64,000 nt of DNA, from the NCBI GenBank assembly GCA_965218425.1, contig OZ244621.1:2240001-2304000 (forward strand), given 5' to 3'. Under the pieces are notes generated by a model that worked only from the letters and a program-made list of their open reading frames with translations, was not told where the DNA came from and did not search any database. This document shows positions 20,101 to 28,865 of the stretch, piece after piece. Every line of letters begins with the position of its first letter. Positions within the stretch are counted from its first letter, which is position 1. Source of the stretch: an uncultured Candidatus Binatia bacterium (GTDB taxonomy: Bacteria > Desulfobacterota > Binatia > UBA9968 > CAXXLF01). Made by a program: the position numbers and the translations under genes.

Positions 20101-20493
20101 CACATTGCCGGAGGGCAACTGGCCTTCGTGCGCCGCACTACCGTCGGGCATATCGGCGTCGGGCACGGCGTTTGATTGGCTAATGGGAAGGTTCGGTTCC
20201 GGTGTCTGTCGGGTTTGAGGCAGAGCCGTGTCTGTTGGCATGGCGGGTCCGCCGGACGATGCCGGATCGTTGCCATGCTCGTCGGGCGGATCCGGCTCGA
20301 CCTTTACCTCGTCGGCTGCGAGACCGTAGCCCGTAGAGAGGGATGTGGCTTCCTGCGACTGCATGAAGCCAAGACCCGCCATTGCTAAATTGGGACTGCC
20401 GCCACCGTTACTGACGCAACCGGATAATGCCGGCACGATAAAAACGAGTATCGCGCAAGCCGGCAAGATTTTGCTGTGCGATTTGAAGATCAT
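17167..20493 (-). CDS. Large surface lipoprotein: zincin HEXXH domain plus three TbpB-like barrels
   Basis: Lipobox LSGC; THEMGHVLG; barrel signatures FYGPRHEDVAG, FFGPSHEEAAG, FYGTEHQGAAG; GVFGA end. Confidence 0.85.
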   Translation of the reverse strand: MIFKSHSKILPACAILVFIVPALSGCVSNGGGSPNLAMAGLGFMQSQEATSLSTGYGLAADEVKVEPDPPDEHGNDPASSGGPAMPTDTALPQTRQTPEPNLPISQSNAVPDADMPDGSAAHEGQLPSGNVVVTGTKAGGLSLAERPRNNPEAADLLDHWGHRHIRRNTEGFLNPAPGADGADLKALRAAAQTQGEGLVAPDLHDDDEVRILGSHRSVTYGRWTGGPADTLSIDFNLSGAGTLMQDDPAFRAMLERVGKAWSHRIADTWTTWERPAGDLKGWLSRGDPSAPRTEVRVGSEGEISTGLEIDVRYEPFTDGFAGRGGSGVQASGDSWQPRFGSIVIDTGHLQEAGEAQLFRTLTHEMGHVLGAWWGDAITVLYADYSDAATGAWTGPNVVAVHGGPAPFQDSANPRVWTEGERDPLASQYDFVHSGVCASVMAYCASNAALPSFLPHAIDFAFLADLGLTIREESDRPETYGLAGWTDYAGFTVSVSRDLQVKLADPQPHYDRAANPWHKLDVTDLLRAGVDVFGYRSAGDLRLSYPAAGLHGTVRYAGGLIGAALDRAWLPPVTGDANLAVDLGTLDGTASFTSLAVYSDGIPEIFAGGSLHYPFDLLDNAIVGTGASSTLLADFYGPRHEDVAGTLHDPQAGLLASFGTTHDDRPSREDVITSADYMAGTSYQRGASDPADDGWYEYRCGTGSACETRDDASGGWSDWTTTTRERVLASTAGWDWRSKERLDADYDFVRIARQSAAFTDGAQGRHVVDSYTGTLEHVAFGTGFEKYTDEWMDTIGTPPGFYNGWAGFQGALSGGPPDGLARWSGPMLGYQSGQAAGENPFVQGLATVKFSLSDNRVGVAFSEVASRGGKRELDDFDFEDIGLQADGTFRGGGMDGAFFGPSHEEAAGAFHHNATSVTGSFGAWRMPDTVTLEETGTARVAGTYTNDSGTYEFYEHEQWGIWGKQFGDDIFGAFLEQNVTTAGNTTTYYTPYGSIHGTPSGHNPVSGTAVWSGKVRAFETVSGGYAPVSGNARLEVSFDDATVDVDFTGFEAGHNDMSWRALRIRNGAFRDPQVGQATIEGAFYGTEHQGAAGKFDRDNLLGVFGAVRN

Positions 20494-20869
20494 GGCCCCA
20501 CCTCCATGAATTTGTTCATCCTATCCACATTGCCAAGGACCATGTCAAACGTGTGTATTGGGCCGCCGCGTTAGCGGGCGCTTGCAGGGAGCCTCGATGT
20601 CCTGAACATCGTGCAGACGGCTTTCCTTAACCAAAGGACAGCCGGGTGCGGTTGCGAAGAATTTGCCTATTTTGCGAGTTTTGCAAGCTACTAAAAGGGC
20701 GGCGGGGTACCGGCTATATACGGCATTGAGGACCTTTATCTTTCACAGGTTGTGCGATCCTGTCGGTCGCCTTCCATATGCCCGGCATCTAGTTTATAAT
20801 GGCGGCGACGAAGGCCAGATAGCATCGTTGGCCGCTCTCATCAGATTGCTCCAATCGCGCAGGTTGTAG

Positions 20870-21268
20870 ATGTCCTTCACATTATTGTTGGGCGCTGTTG
20901 TTTCGTTGGCTGGCGGGATTATCGCGTGGTATTTGAATGAACGCAGTAAGCTGAAGTGGGAAAAGCACATACGTAAAGAGGACACATACAGAGGCTTTTT
21001 CGAATCTATACGTGGATTCTACGTCACGTCCCAGAACAAAGAACAAAAGGAAAAATTCCTTCATGAACTCAGGCTTGCTTGGTTGTACTGTCCCGACGAC
21101 GTGATTAAGGCTGGAAACGCTTTTCTCGGCACCGTTGCTGCGGAAACCCCATCCTCAGATGAAGAAAAAGAGCGAGCGCTTGCCGAATTTGAGATTGCTT
21201 TGAGACGAGACCTTCATGGGAAAACAAAGTTGACGGTCGAGGATCACCGTAATTGGCGCAGTACGTAA
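20870..21268 (+). CDS. Hypothetical protein with N-terminal membrane anchor
   Basis: TM helix; LAWLYCPDDVIKA; lower GC than flanks. Confidence 0.6.
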   Translation: MSFTLLLGAVVSLAGGIIAWYLNERSKLKWEKHIRKEDTYRGFFESIRGFYVTSQNKEQKEKFLHELRLAWLYCPDDVIKAGNAFLGTVAAETPSSDEEKERALAEFEIALRRDLHGKTKLTVEDHRNWRST

Positions 21269-21277
21269 CCGTTTAAC

Positions 21278-21655
21278 TGTACAGCTTAGGGTATTCACCT
21301 GACACTTGCCGCTCCTGGATAGGGACAGTTATAGGCGGCATTTTCCATTTTGTCCTCCTTTGGTTTCTTGGTTTTCGGCAGCAGCGGGCGAAGACATCGG
21401 CAGGTGTCCTGCCGTTCATGCCGCGGCCCTGATGGGGCCTCTGGGTGTTGTACACGATCAGATAGGCATCTAGGTCTTTCTGCATCCATCTATGCTCTCG
21501 TAGAACTTGGTTCGGCCCATGACGCGGAAGTGCTCGTCGAGGAGGGTCCTGTGCAGGCGCTCGACGAAACCGTTGGACTGGTGTCGTCGGACCTTCGTGG
21601 TGCAATGCACGATCTCCTAAAGCTGCAGGAACAACTCGTGAGGATGGCGTCCCGG
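21278..21655 (-). mobile_element. IS481-family remnant (transposase C-terminus and right end)
   Basis: HELFLQL..QSNGFVERLHRTLLDEHFR..(frameshift)..MQKDLDAYL..YN.QRPHQGRGMNGRTP; ends ...TGTACA at 21278. Confidence 0.85.
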
Positions 21656-21879
21656 AGCTCGATGGAATTGGAAAGCTCCCGGGAATTACTCAAATATATA
21701 TGTGGTGAACGGATCGTACCGCCTGCCGGCCGGAACCCGCCTCGGCGGGGTGCGTTTCCGTACCGCAAGGTCCCTGGGCATGGGGATGGTCCGCGTCCTG
21801 CGGAAATGGTCCTTGACGGTTCATCGATAAACCGGGTCTACGGATATTGTCAAGTTGAGCAGTAGCGTTTCCGGATGCG

Positions 21880-22563
21880 CTAGTCGCGTGATTCTGCCGA
21901 TGCCTTTTCGTACTCAAGACGCAGGTATCTATATTTTTTCGGCTTTTTGTTCTTGCCGGCCGGGTCGTAACGTTTAGTCTGGATGGATTCGCCAAGCGGC
22001 AGCGGAAGCCATAATGGGTTTCCTGGCTTTTTTGTTCCTTGTGTCATCCAGTCGGGCCATTTCTCCGTTTCGATCTCCTCCGACCTCTTCGGCGACATCA
22101 GGAGGAAGTGAGGGGTTACCAGTTCCCTTCCGTGGCGGTCCTCGTTGAATATGAGCTTCAATCGGTCGGCCTTCGATTTCAACTGTTCGTTCGTCCAGCC
22201 TGTGTGCGCCTTCGCTTCGATCAGGATCAGGTGCGTTTTCGGGCCGTCGTCGAAGGCCACGAGCAGGTCGATGTCCTCCGGGTTCCTGTAATACAGCTTG
22301 TCGTTTTTAATATGGGCGCGAGGCGGCGGTTTATTGGCGGCCAGATAGAGGGCCATCTGAATCCAGTTGAGATGGTAATCCATAGCGACGAATGCGCCGG
22401 GTGGAATCGACAACTTCTTTCTCGAGCCCTTGTTGAGACAGTTTCTGAGTTTTGTCCTGAACTGTTTGGAGAGGCAAAATGTGCCCTTGCCCAGCGTTTC
22501 GCGCAGCAGGAAGAAGTGTTCTTTTCGGTTGAGCAGTCGGAGGTACTTGATTATGTCGGACAT
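21880..22563 (-). CDS. Hypothetical protein with PD-(D/E)XK nuclease-like motif
   Basis: EDIDLLVAF...LILIEAK...Q; GAAAGGA RBS. Confidence 0.65.
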   Translation of the reverse strand: MSDIIKYLRLLNRKEHFFLLRETLGKGTFCLSKQFRTKLRNCLNKGSRKKLSIPPGAFVAMDYHLNWIQMALYLAANKPPPRAHIKNDKLYYRNPEDIDLLVAFDDGPKTHLILIEAKAHTGWTNEQLKSKADRLKLIFNEDRHGRELVTPHFLLMSPKRSEEIETEKWPDWMTQGTKKPGNPLWLPLPLGESIQTKRYDPAGKNKKPKKYRYLRLEYEKASAESRD

Positions 22564-22599
22564 TTATCCGTCCTTTCTTTTAGAGCTGATGTCTCCGAT

Positions 22600-22646
22600 G
22601 GAGACCGACCCGTCTCGTTTACGCCTCATGGCTTACTCTCTCATGC
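22600..22646. repeat. 47-bp repeat C, second copy at 29131-29177 (3' end of higA)
   Basis: gga.accgacccgt.tcgt.t.cgcctcatggctta...tctcatgc in both. Confidence 0.85.
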
Positions 22647-22664
22647 CCGCCGGACAAATCGAAC

Positions 22665-22709
22665 GGCAGCAAGGAGCAAGGCAGCTACCATGTATATTTA
22701 CACATTAAC
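22665..22709. repeat. 45-bp repeat D, second copy at 35628-35672
   Basis: ggc.gc.aggagcaa.gcagctaccat....atttacacattaac in both. Confidence 0.85.
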
Positions 22710-22736
22710 ACAAAAACACAAATAGGAGATAAGCTG

Positions 22737-22974
22737 CCGGCCTCGGCTTCTGTAGTTATTGAAAAACCGGAAAAACAAGCCGCGCGGGCCACGGGACCCG
22801 TATCGGAGGGGCGGAATCGGCTCCGGACGGGACGTTCTCAGGTGGGCCTGAGAAATAGCCGTCAGGGGTTGCAAATCGTGGGAACGAATTGATATTGACG
22901 GATTATCGCCACGGCGCGTTTTGCTGGGCATGGCTAAGGTAGAGCAGGGCGCCGCGTGGCATGGCGAGGCTTGG
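22737..22974 (+). repeat. ~240-bp upstream module E, second copy at 35010-35258
   Basis: Shared ttctcaggtgggcctgagaa hairpin, ccgtcaggggttgcaaa, gaattgatat, aaggtagagcagggcgc. Confidence 0.9.
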
Positions 22975-23001
22975 AGAAACAATCAGGAAGGAGACAACCC
23001 C

Positions 23002-23262
23002 ATGGCTGACCAAAGTCAATCCGTTGCCAAGGTCGTGGAGGTTCAAGCCTCGTGGGACCCGGAAGCCAAGGTTTGGGTCGCTACTTGCAGTGAGATCGAA
23101 GGACTGGTGACCGAAGCACCGACCAAGGAAGAGTTGGAGCAGAAGCTGCGGGTCATGATCCCCGAGCTTTTAGAGCTGGACGGAGGGTCCGGGTCCGGTC
23201 TCCCGGAAGTGCCGTTTGTAGTTAAGGAAGGGCAACTTTCCCAGGGACGCCTCCGCACCTAG
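23002..23262 (+). CDS. DUF1902 / HicB-like antitoxin
   Basis: WDPEAKVWVAT..I.GLVTEAPT.EEL..KL..MIPELLEL; AAGGAG RBS. Confidence 0.85.
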   Translation: MADQSQSVAKVVEVQASWDPEAKVWVATCSEIEGLVTEAPTKEELEQKLRVMIPELLELDGGSGSGLPEVPFVVKEGQLSQGRLRT

Positions 23263-23265
23263 ACA

Positions 23266-23460
23266 ATGGCTGGGTATGGCCGGGATGTTCGTAAAATACT
23301 GAAGGACGCCGGCTGGCACCTCTATCGACAAAGTAGGGGCGACCATGAAATTTGGGCCCACCCGAATCGAGATACAAAGATCACCGTCGATAACAATATC
23401 AAGTCTCGTCATACCGCTAATGCGATACTGAAGGCTGCGAGACTATCCAAGAAGTTCTAA
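23266..23460 (+). CDS. hicA: HicA-family toxin
   Basis: ILKDAGW..RQSRGDHEIW..SRHTANAILK. Confidence 0.85.
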   Translation: MAGYGRDVRKILKDAGWHLYRQSRGDHEIWAHPNRDTKITVDNNIKSRHTANAILKAARLSKKF

Positions 23461-23756
23461 TCTTCTTCTTTCTGTGAGGCCTCCCGCTCCAAGTCATCGA
23501 TTTCCAGTCTCCGCTCTCGCAGAGTCCCGCCGCAAGACGGGCGGATTCCGCTTAACTTGAAAATACACCCGCCGGCGCTGCGCCCGCAGCCGAAGTTGCA
23601 ATCATTTCCCGGCTCATGCTTTAACCCCTGTTCCCCGGATGAGCCGAGGATTTTGCAACGTAGCAAAGAGATTCTGATATAAGGGTCAAGATGTTGCCGT
23701 CGGAATGGATCGGAAGTTCGACTACTCCGAAGAATCCGAAATTAAAGGAGGTCGGG

Positions 23757-23996
23757 ATGAAGGTCTCCGCCGAATCAATCGTCGGTATCCCGGCTATCTT
23801 GGCTTTGTCGCTGATTGCGGCCTCGGCCTTAGACCCCGCAGCGACGCCGGCCGGTGCCGCGACATATCGCGTCGTCTCGGAAAACAGGCAGACCCATATT
23901 CGAATAGGTGGCTACGAGTATGAGTTGGAAGGTGTATCGGGCCGCCACATCTTGCACTTGCCGGCGGTTGAGCCGGGTTGTATAACTCCTGACTGA
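23757..23996 (+). CDS. Short exported protein or gene fragment
   Basis: AAGGAGG RBS; signal-like hydrophobic N-terminus. Confidence 0.4.
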   Translation: MKVSAESIVGIPAILALSLIAASALDPAATPAGAATYRVVSENRQTHIRIGGYEYELEGVSGRHILHLPAVEPGCITPD

Positions 23997-24145
23997 CGAC
24001 CGGCACAATAAAAGGTCGCGCCGTTTGCGGCAATAAGGAAACGAACACGAAGTAAATGTCGTGTGCGTATTTGCCTCGCGCAGCACGACAGGGAAAAGCC
24101 CGTTCGGGGCGGGATTATTTCTTGGGGCAGAGGAGGAAACGCAGG

Positions 24146-25018
24146 ATGAAATTATTGAGGATGAAGTTGGCAGCGGCCGCCTTTCTCCTGGCGGCGGCGC
24201 CGTTACTGTCCGCCGATGCCGCCGGGATGGACGGATGGTATGGCGGCATGGAGCTGGGGGTGGCGATGTCTCCGAAGCTCACGATAAAAGGTCTGGATAA
24301 CGATTTCGCGGATAGCAAGAAGTGCGACGGTTTCCCCGTCGTCGCGTTGGGGAGGGATAACCCGGATAGTGCGCCGGACAGTCCCGAGTGTGCTACGGAT
24401 CGTGGGAACGATTGGGCGAGTACGTTTGATGGGGGCACGGGCGTCTTGTCCGGGCTTGTGTTGGGCTATCACTTTAAAGACTTCAGGATCGAGGGGGAAT
24501 ATTTCTATCGCACCGCAGGTCATGACCAAGAAACCGTGCCCTCGATCGGCGGGAAAATTTATGGGGAAGAGCAGGATATCATTCCCTACAACAAGCTCGG
24601 TGATATTCACTCCCACAACATCTTCGTCAATGCCTATTACGACATCCCCATCGAAACGAAGCTTCGGCCGTATGTCGGGGCAGGAGCAGGTTGGTCGCGC
24701 GTCAACCTTGATTATGCCGCCAGATTTACGCGAATTAGTAACGGAACGACCACCGTCGCCATCGAGACATTTTCGAATGGTGTGTTCGGTTACCAGTTGA
24801 TCGCCGGCGTGGATTATCCGCTCGGCGACCGGGTCACGATTGGGTTGAAAGGTCGCTGGGCTAATTTTGGTGAATTCAAGATCGAAGGGGAATCCTGGGA
24901 CCTCCTTCGCAGCCATGCGTCGCTCACCGGCCCCGGCGGCGATCCGATCCTCTACGAGGTAAAGACGGACGATATCCGGTTCTGGGGATTGAGCCTTGCC
25001 TTGAAATACCGGTTTTGA
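24146..25018 (+). CDS. Outer-membrane beta-barrel protein, paralog of 3520-4479
   Basis: GAGGAGG RBS; DGWYGGMELGVAM; FRIEGEYFYR; DDIRFWGLSLALKYRF. Confidence 0.85.
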   Translation: MKLLRMKLAAAAFLLAAAPLLSADAAGMDGWYGGMELGVAMSPKLTIKGLDNDFADSKKCDGFPVVALGRDNPDSAPDSPECATDRGNDWASTFDGGTGVLSGLVLGYHFKDFRIEGEYFYRTAGHDQETVPSIGGKIYGEEQDIIPYNKLGDIHSHNIFVNAYYDIPIETKLRPYVGAGAGWSRVNLDYAARFTRISNGTTTVAIETFSNGVFGYQLIAGVDYPLGDRVTIGLKGRWANFGEFKIEGESWDLLRSHASLTGPGGDPILYEVKTDDIRFWGLSLALKYRF

Positions 25019-25028
25019 ACGATGACCG

Positions 25029-25073
25029 ATCCCCGTCGGCGGGAGTTTTGAGATCGCCGGCGGGGGATTTTTT
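25029..25073 (+). terminator. Intrinsic terminator
   Basis: atccccgtcggcg...cgccggcgggggat then a T run. Confidence 0.7.
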
Positions 25074-25085
25074 CACTCGGGACGC

Positions 25086-25276
25086 GGTATCCGTATTTTT
25101 TCGGCTTCTTGTTCTTGCCGGCCGGGTCGCAACGCCTGGCCTGGATGGATTCCCCAGGCGGAAGCCGTAACGGTTTTGCCGTGTTTTTTGTTCCTTGTGT
25201 CATCCGGTCCGGCCATTTCTCCATTGTGATCTCCTCCGACTTCTCCGGCGACATCGGGAGAAAGTGAAGGGTTGCC
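25086..25276 (-). pseudogene. Diverged duplicate of the 3' part of gene 21880-22563
   Basis: LHFLPMSPEKSEEI..EKWPDRMTQGTK..DPAGKNKKPKKY aligns to 21924-22120. Confidence 0.9.
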
Positions 25277-25450
25277 CGTAACCGGCATGCCGAAGTGATC
25301 TTTACTGTAACGGGGATTGCCGAGGCCTGCGGCGGGCGTTCTTCCCGGTAAGTATGTTGTTGACTTCGTGTCGACATATGGACTACATGCCGTATTATAG
25401 GGAATTATATATCAAAGTCGCATTTTTTCCCTGAATTATATAGGAGAATT

Positions 25451-26200
25451 ATGGACGCCTGCGTCAAATTTTATAGGTTCTTCCTCATGGTTGTCATTGC
25501 CGTTGGTCTTGTGAGCGGCCCGGCGCTGCAATCCAGGTCTCACGCAAATGGGGACCCCGCTCCTCCTGGAGCCGGCGCAGGCGCAGGAGACCCATGGGAA
25601 AAATTCAACAGAAAGATGTTTTCATTTAACCGGGAAGTCGATCGCTGGTTTCTGGAACCGGTTGCCGCAGGATACGACTTCGTCCTTCCCGATGTGGCGC
25701 AGACCGGCGTCAGGAACGCTATCAGCAATATCGACGTGGCGCGCCGACTGGCAAATAGCCTCCTGCAGCTCAAGTTTGAAGGAGCGGCGCGGGAAATCCT
25801 TCGCTTCACCATCAACTCTACTTTCGGTATCGGCGGGCTAGTCGACTTTGCAAAAATCTCAGCGGGGATTCCACAAAGCGACGAGGATACCGGGCAAACC
25901 ATGGGAGTTTACGGCATAAAGCCCGGCCCCTATTTGGTCCTTCCCTTTTTTCTTCCCCCCATGACGGTTCGCGACGGCATCGGCGCCATATGTGACCGGG
26001 CCATGAATCCACTCCTTTACGTCGGTATGTTCGTGGACGGAGCAACCGGGGTAGGCAACGGCGCCTCTGCCCTCAACGCCGTCAACGAGCGCTCCCGCAA
26101 CCTGGAGGCCTTTAAGCGGCTTGAGGACTCGGTCGATGACCTGTACGGCGCCGTGCGCAACGCCTATCTGCAAAAACGGGAAGCCGCCGTCAGGGAATAA
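25451..26200 (+). CDS. mlaA: MlaA/VacJ family protein
   Basis: DPWEKFNRKMFSFN; RFTINSTFGIGGL.D; EDTGQT.G.YG..GPYLVLPF; D.YGAVRNAYLQ.R. Confidence 0.92.
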   Translation: MDACVKFYRFFLMVVIAVGLVSGPALQSRSHANGDPAPPGAGAGAGDPWEKFNRKMFSFNREVDRWFLEPVAAGYDFVLPDVAQTGVRNAISNIDVARRLANSLLQLKFEGAAREILRFTINSTFGIGGLVDFAKISAGIPQSDEDTGQTMGVYGIKPGPYLVLPFFLPPMTVRDGIGAICDRAMNPLLYVGMFVDGATGVGNGASALNAVNERSRNLEAFKRLEDSVDDLYGAVRNAYLQKREAAVRE

Positions 26201-26224
26201 CCGCCCGGTCGTCATAATCAACTC

Positions 26225-26300
26225 GTGGACAGCGGCCTTCGCCTTCGACACGAAGCGCAAGGCGGTCTTGCTCGTTGCGGGGGACGAATCAGGCGGCGGC
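26225..26300 (+). pseudogene. Internal fragment of a RelE/ParE-type toxin
   Basis: WTAAFAFDTKRKAVLLVAGDESGG motif without its N-terminus. Confidence 0.65.
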
Positions 26301-26503
26301 AAGGAACAAGGCGGCCGCCGTCCGGAGGATCCTCAAAGAATCCGGGGGGCAGAAGCGCTGGAACGGATGCTTGAGGAGCGCCCGCAGTCTCCGGTTCTTT
26401 AACCCTAGCGGCCAGGCCGCCGCTGAGCCGAAACATATAAGAGTCGCCTGTCGGAAGCCGCTAAAAAGGATTTTAAAGCAATATGTTATGAGGCTGTCCT
26501 TTC

Positions 26504-26545
26504 GGTAAAAGGGCGGCGCTGATCAGAACGTTCGTGTCGACGAAC
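26504..26545 (-). pseudogene. Second PIN toxin stub
   Basis: VDTNVLISAALLPKG; 36-bp identity with 16955-16990. Confidence 0.75.
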
Positions 26546-26605
26546 TGGTGAACGATGCTGGTCCGTGAGGCCTGACGCCTTCCCGGAAAGATCGTCCGCG
26601 ATCTC

Positions 26606-26636
26606 TTGAAGCTATATAGCGGATACGCTATATAGC
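26606..26636 (+). promoter_or_regulatory. Promoter with overlapping palindromic operator, probably leaderless
   Basis: TTGAAG-17-TATATA; perfect inverted repeat gctatatagcg-gata-cgctatatagc; ATG 6 nt after the -10. Confidence 0.75.
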
Positions 26637-26640
26637 CGGC

Positions 26641-26964
26641 ATGGCATGGACGGTCGAAACCGTCTCCAGTGTCGATGCCGAAATCGAGGCCCTGCCCGTG
26701 AAGTTGCGCGCCCGGCTGGTTCGGCTGCTGGAGACGATAGAGAACGTCGGTCTGGAAGCGCTCCGTGAACCGCATGTCAAGCATCTCGACGGCAAGCTTT
26801 GGGAACTGCGGGTCAGGGCTGAAGGGGGAACCGCCAGAGGGATCTACGTGACGGCACAGCAACAGCGGATGGTGGTCCTGCATGTCTTCGCGAAGAAGTC
26901 GCAAAGGACGCCGCGGCGAGCGCTGGCGACCGCCCAGGAACGCATGAAGCAGGTGAGGCCATGA
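26641..26964 (+). CDS. higB: RelE/HigB (Gp49-like) toxin
   Basis: EPHVKHLDGKLWELR; VLHVFAKKSQRTP. Confidence 0.88.
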   Translation: MAWTVETVSSVDAEIEALPVKLRARLVRLLETIENVGLEALREPHVKHLDGKLWELRVRAEGGTARGIYVTAQQQRMVVLHVFAKKSQRTPRRALATAQERMKQVRP

Positions 26965-27245
26965 CGAGACTGAAGGAACTGAAGAAACGCCTCATGGAAG
27001 ACCCGGAATTTCGGGAGGAATACGCGCGGGCCGATGACGAGTTCAGGCTGATCGAAGCACTGGTTCGTGCCCGTATGGCGGCCAAGCTGACGCAGGCGGA
27101 ACTCGCCCGGCGCCTAGGGACGACCCAGTCCGCCATCGCGCGGCTGGAGAGCGGCGGCGTTTCGCCGTCCTTTACTACCTTGCGCCGCTACGCCGAAGCG
27201 ACCGGGACGCGGCTGACCGTCGGCTTGGTACAGGCTGACCGCTAA
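26961..27245 (+). CDS. higA: HigA-type Xre HTH antitoxin
   Basis: LTQAELARRLGTTQSAIARLESG; ATGA overlap. Confidence 0.9.
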   Translation: MTRLKELKKRLMEDPEFREEYARADDEFRLIEALVRARMAAKLTQAELARRLGTTQSAIARLESGGVSPSFTTLRRYAEATGTRLTVGLVQADR

Positions 27246-27347
27246 ACGGGCCGGAGTGCATCGCTGATTCGGCGATTCACAAACTACCGTCGCAGTCGTT
27301 ACCCGGCGCCTTAGGCGATCATGCCGGCGATGCAGGTGGCGGTGACT

Positions 27348-27710
27348 TCAGAAGATCGTTAAGGAATTTTTAAAAAGCGTGTTTCGAAGTGCCATTGCTT
27401 CATTGGCCAATGAATCGGCTTGAAACCTGGCAGCATCGGCATCCTTTGACAAGCGTCTATGCTGTGGGTTGTAGCCTCCATCATTACCCCATGGTGAAAC
27501 TTTCTTTAAGCGTGCCTTTGTCGGTTTCCATCGTTCCTGTGCTGTCTCATATGCTTTATAGACAGACGACCCCATGACTGCATCGTCAGCGCGCTTGTTT
27601 GCCCTTTTGCGAATTTCCTTGGCGAGCTGGCGGAGTTCGATTTGACGTTCAGCCTCGGCAATGTCCGCTTGAGTATCCGCAAAGGCCGGGGAAGCGAGCA
27701 AACCGCACAA
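27348..27710 (-). CDS. Hypothetical exported helical protein, 5' end uncertain
   Basis: Partial signal peptide LASPAFA; coiled-coil-like body. Confidence 0.45.
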   Translation of the reverse strand: MCGLLASPAFADTQADIAEAERQIELRQLAKEIRKRANKRADDAVMGSSVYKAYETAQERWKPTKARLKKVSPWGNDGGYNPQHRRLSKDADAARFQADSLANEAMALRNTLFKNSLTIF

Positions 27711-27729
27711 AATGAGAACGGCTAGGGCC

Positions 27730-27972
27730 TTATGGTAGATTGATTGGAAGAATCACCACAGTGGCAAAAGTGGCAAGGCTGATCGTGATGCTGAGTCCGA
27801 TCATCCACATGAGAATGGAGCGCGTCGCGGCTAAATCGGCTTTAGTGGCAAGATGGCCGAAGTCGTTTTGAACGTTGCGGACAATCTCGGCTACCGCTTC
27901 GGCTTGCTCGTGTCTCATGCCTGCGGCTTCGAGTTTGCGTGCGGCTTCAAGTGTGTCGAAAGTCTGACCCAT
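27730..27972 (-). CDS. DUF1640/CCDC90-like small protein
   Basis: FDTL.AARKLEAAGM..EQAEA..LATKADL plus C-terminal TM. Confidence 0.75.
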   Translation of the reverse strand: MGQTFDTLEAARKLEAAGMRHEQAEAVAEIVRNVQNDFGHLATKADLAATRSILMWMIGLSITISLATFATVVILPINLP

Positions 27973-28110
27973 GGCCGTTCCCTATAGCTTTTTATGCCTA
28001 GAGTCAAATGACCCCGGATTTGCGATTCTTTGCCGGGGTAGTATTCTTTTACTACAATGACCCTGACTCCGGGTTGGGGTCAACCCCCTAGTCCCTGCCC
28101 TGCTGAACGC

Positions 28111-28335
28111 CTAGTTGGTTTTTAGCCGGAAATCGCCGCCCAGGCCGGCCCGCATCTCGTCGAGGTCGCCGTCCCAGCCGGACCCGCGAAGCCGTCGGGC
28201 TTCATCGATGCCAAGGGGCTGTGCCGCAAGGGCTCGAAGCGCAAAGTTGACCGCCTCGCGCTTTGTTTTCAGACGGTAACGGCGCATGACCTCCGCGCAC
28301 GCCTCATCGTCGATATCCACATTGGTGCGTGACAT
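28111..28335 (-). CDS. vapB: Orphan VapB antitoxin, copy A
   Basis: MSRTNVDIDDE..TKREAVNFALR..GSGWDGDLDEMR; no toxin follows. Confidence 0.85.
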   Translation of the reverse strand: MSRTNVDIDDEACAEVMRRYRLKTKREAVNFALRALAAQPLGIDEARRLRGSGWDGDLDEMRAGLGGDFRLKTN

Positions 28336-28516
28336 ATACCCAGCATATACCGTAATGGGATGCCGGCCAATGGTCTTGAGGCGTGTGACGCGGAGCCCCA
28401 GCCAGGATTTCACTCATGGGCCGGGGCTCCGCCTGTAGCTGTTTAAATGGGTTTTTCTTGCCCATTTAAGCCCTATTTAACACCCGTAACCGGCATGCTG
28501 AAGTGCTCGTTGCTAT
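28143..28516. repeat. Segmental duplicate F: matches 32768-33055 joined to 34269-34323
   Basis: vapB plus ggctccgcctgtagc, then tttaacacccgtaac..catgc.gaa.tgctcgttgctat; lacks the intervening 1.2-kb lipoprotein gene. Confidence 0.85.
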
Positions 28517-28643
28517 AATGTGGTTTTTTTCGTAATCCGGACTCGGCCGGACCGCAGCCATGGCGACCGCCCAATGAGACAATGCGCCCCGCACAAGGTC
28601 CTTACGACGACCCTGCGGGTCAGGCCCGGCACGGTCCATGCGG

Positions 28644-28865
28644 TCAAAAGAGCACTGCGCATCGCAGTGTGCAGGTTCCCAGTCGATTCCCCAGATTCCG
28701 ATCCTCGCTGTTGGCCACGCACACCGATATGCACATCTGTTTCATGGTGAGGGGTCGGGCTGAAAGCCCTTGTCCCTGCCCCAGAACGAGGTTCACCGGC
28801 GAGGCGGCCACGATGGCCGCCAAAATGGCCAGCGCGGCGAGTATGGTGATGATATTGCGGTTCAT
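28644..28865 (-). CDS. Small secreted protein with two CxxxC motifs
   Basis: GGAGG RBS; signal peptide; CISVC and CTLRC. Confidence 0.6.
   Translation of the reverse strand: MNRNIITILAALAILAAIVAASPVNLVLGQGQGLSARPLTMKQMCISVCVANSEDRNLGNRLGTCTLRCAVLF

Noticed and set aside
20570..21270. Integron cassette (gttagcgg upstream, gene ending TAAC)
   Set aside because: No complete attC palindrome can be built, and the IS481 end follows within 10 nt; unsupported.
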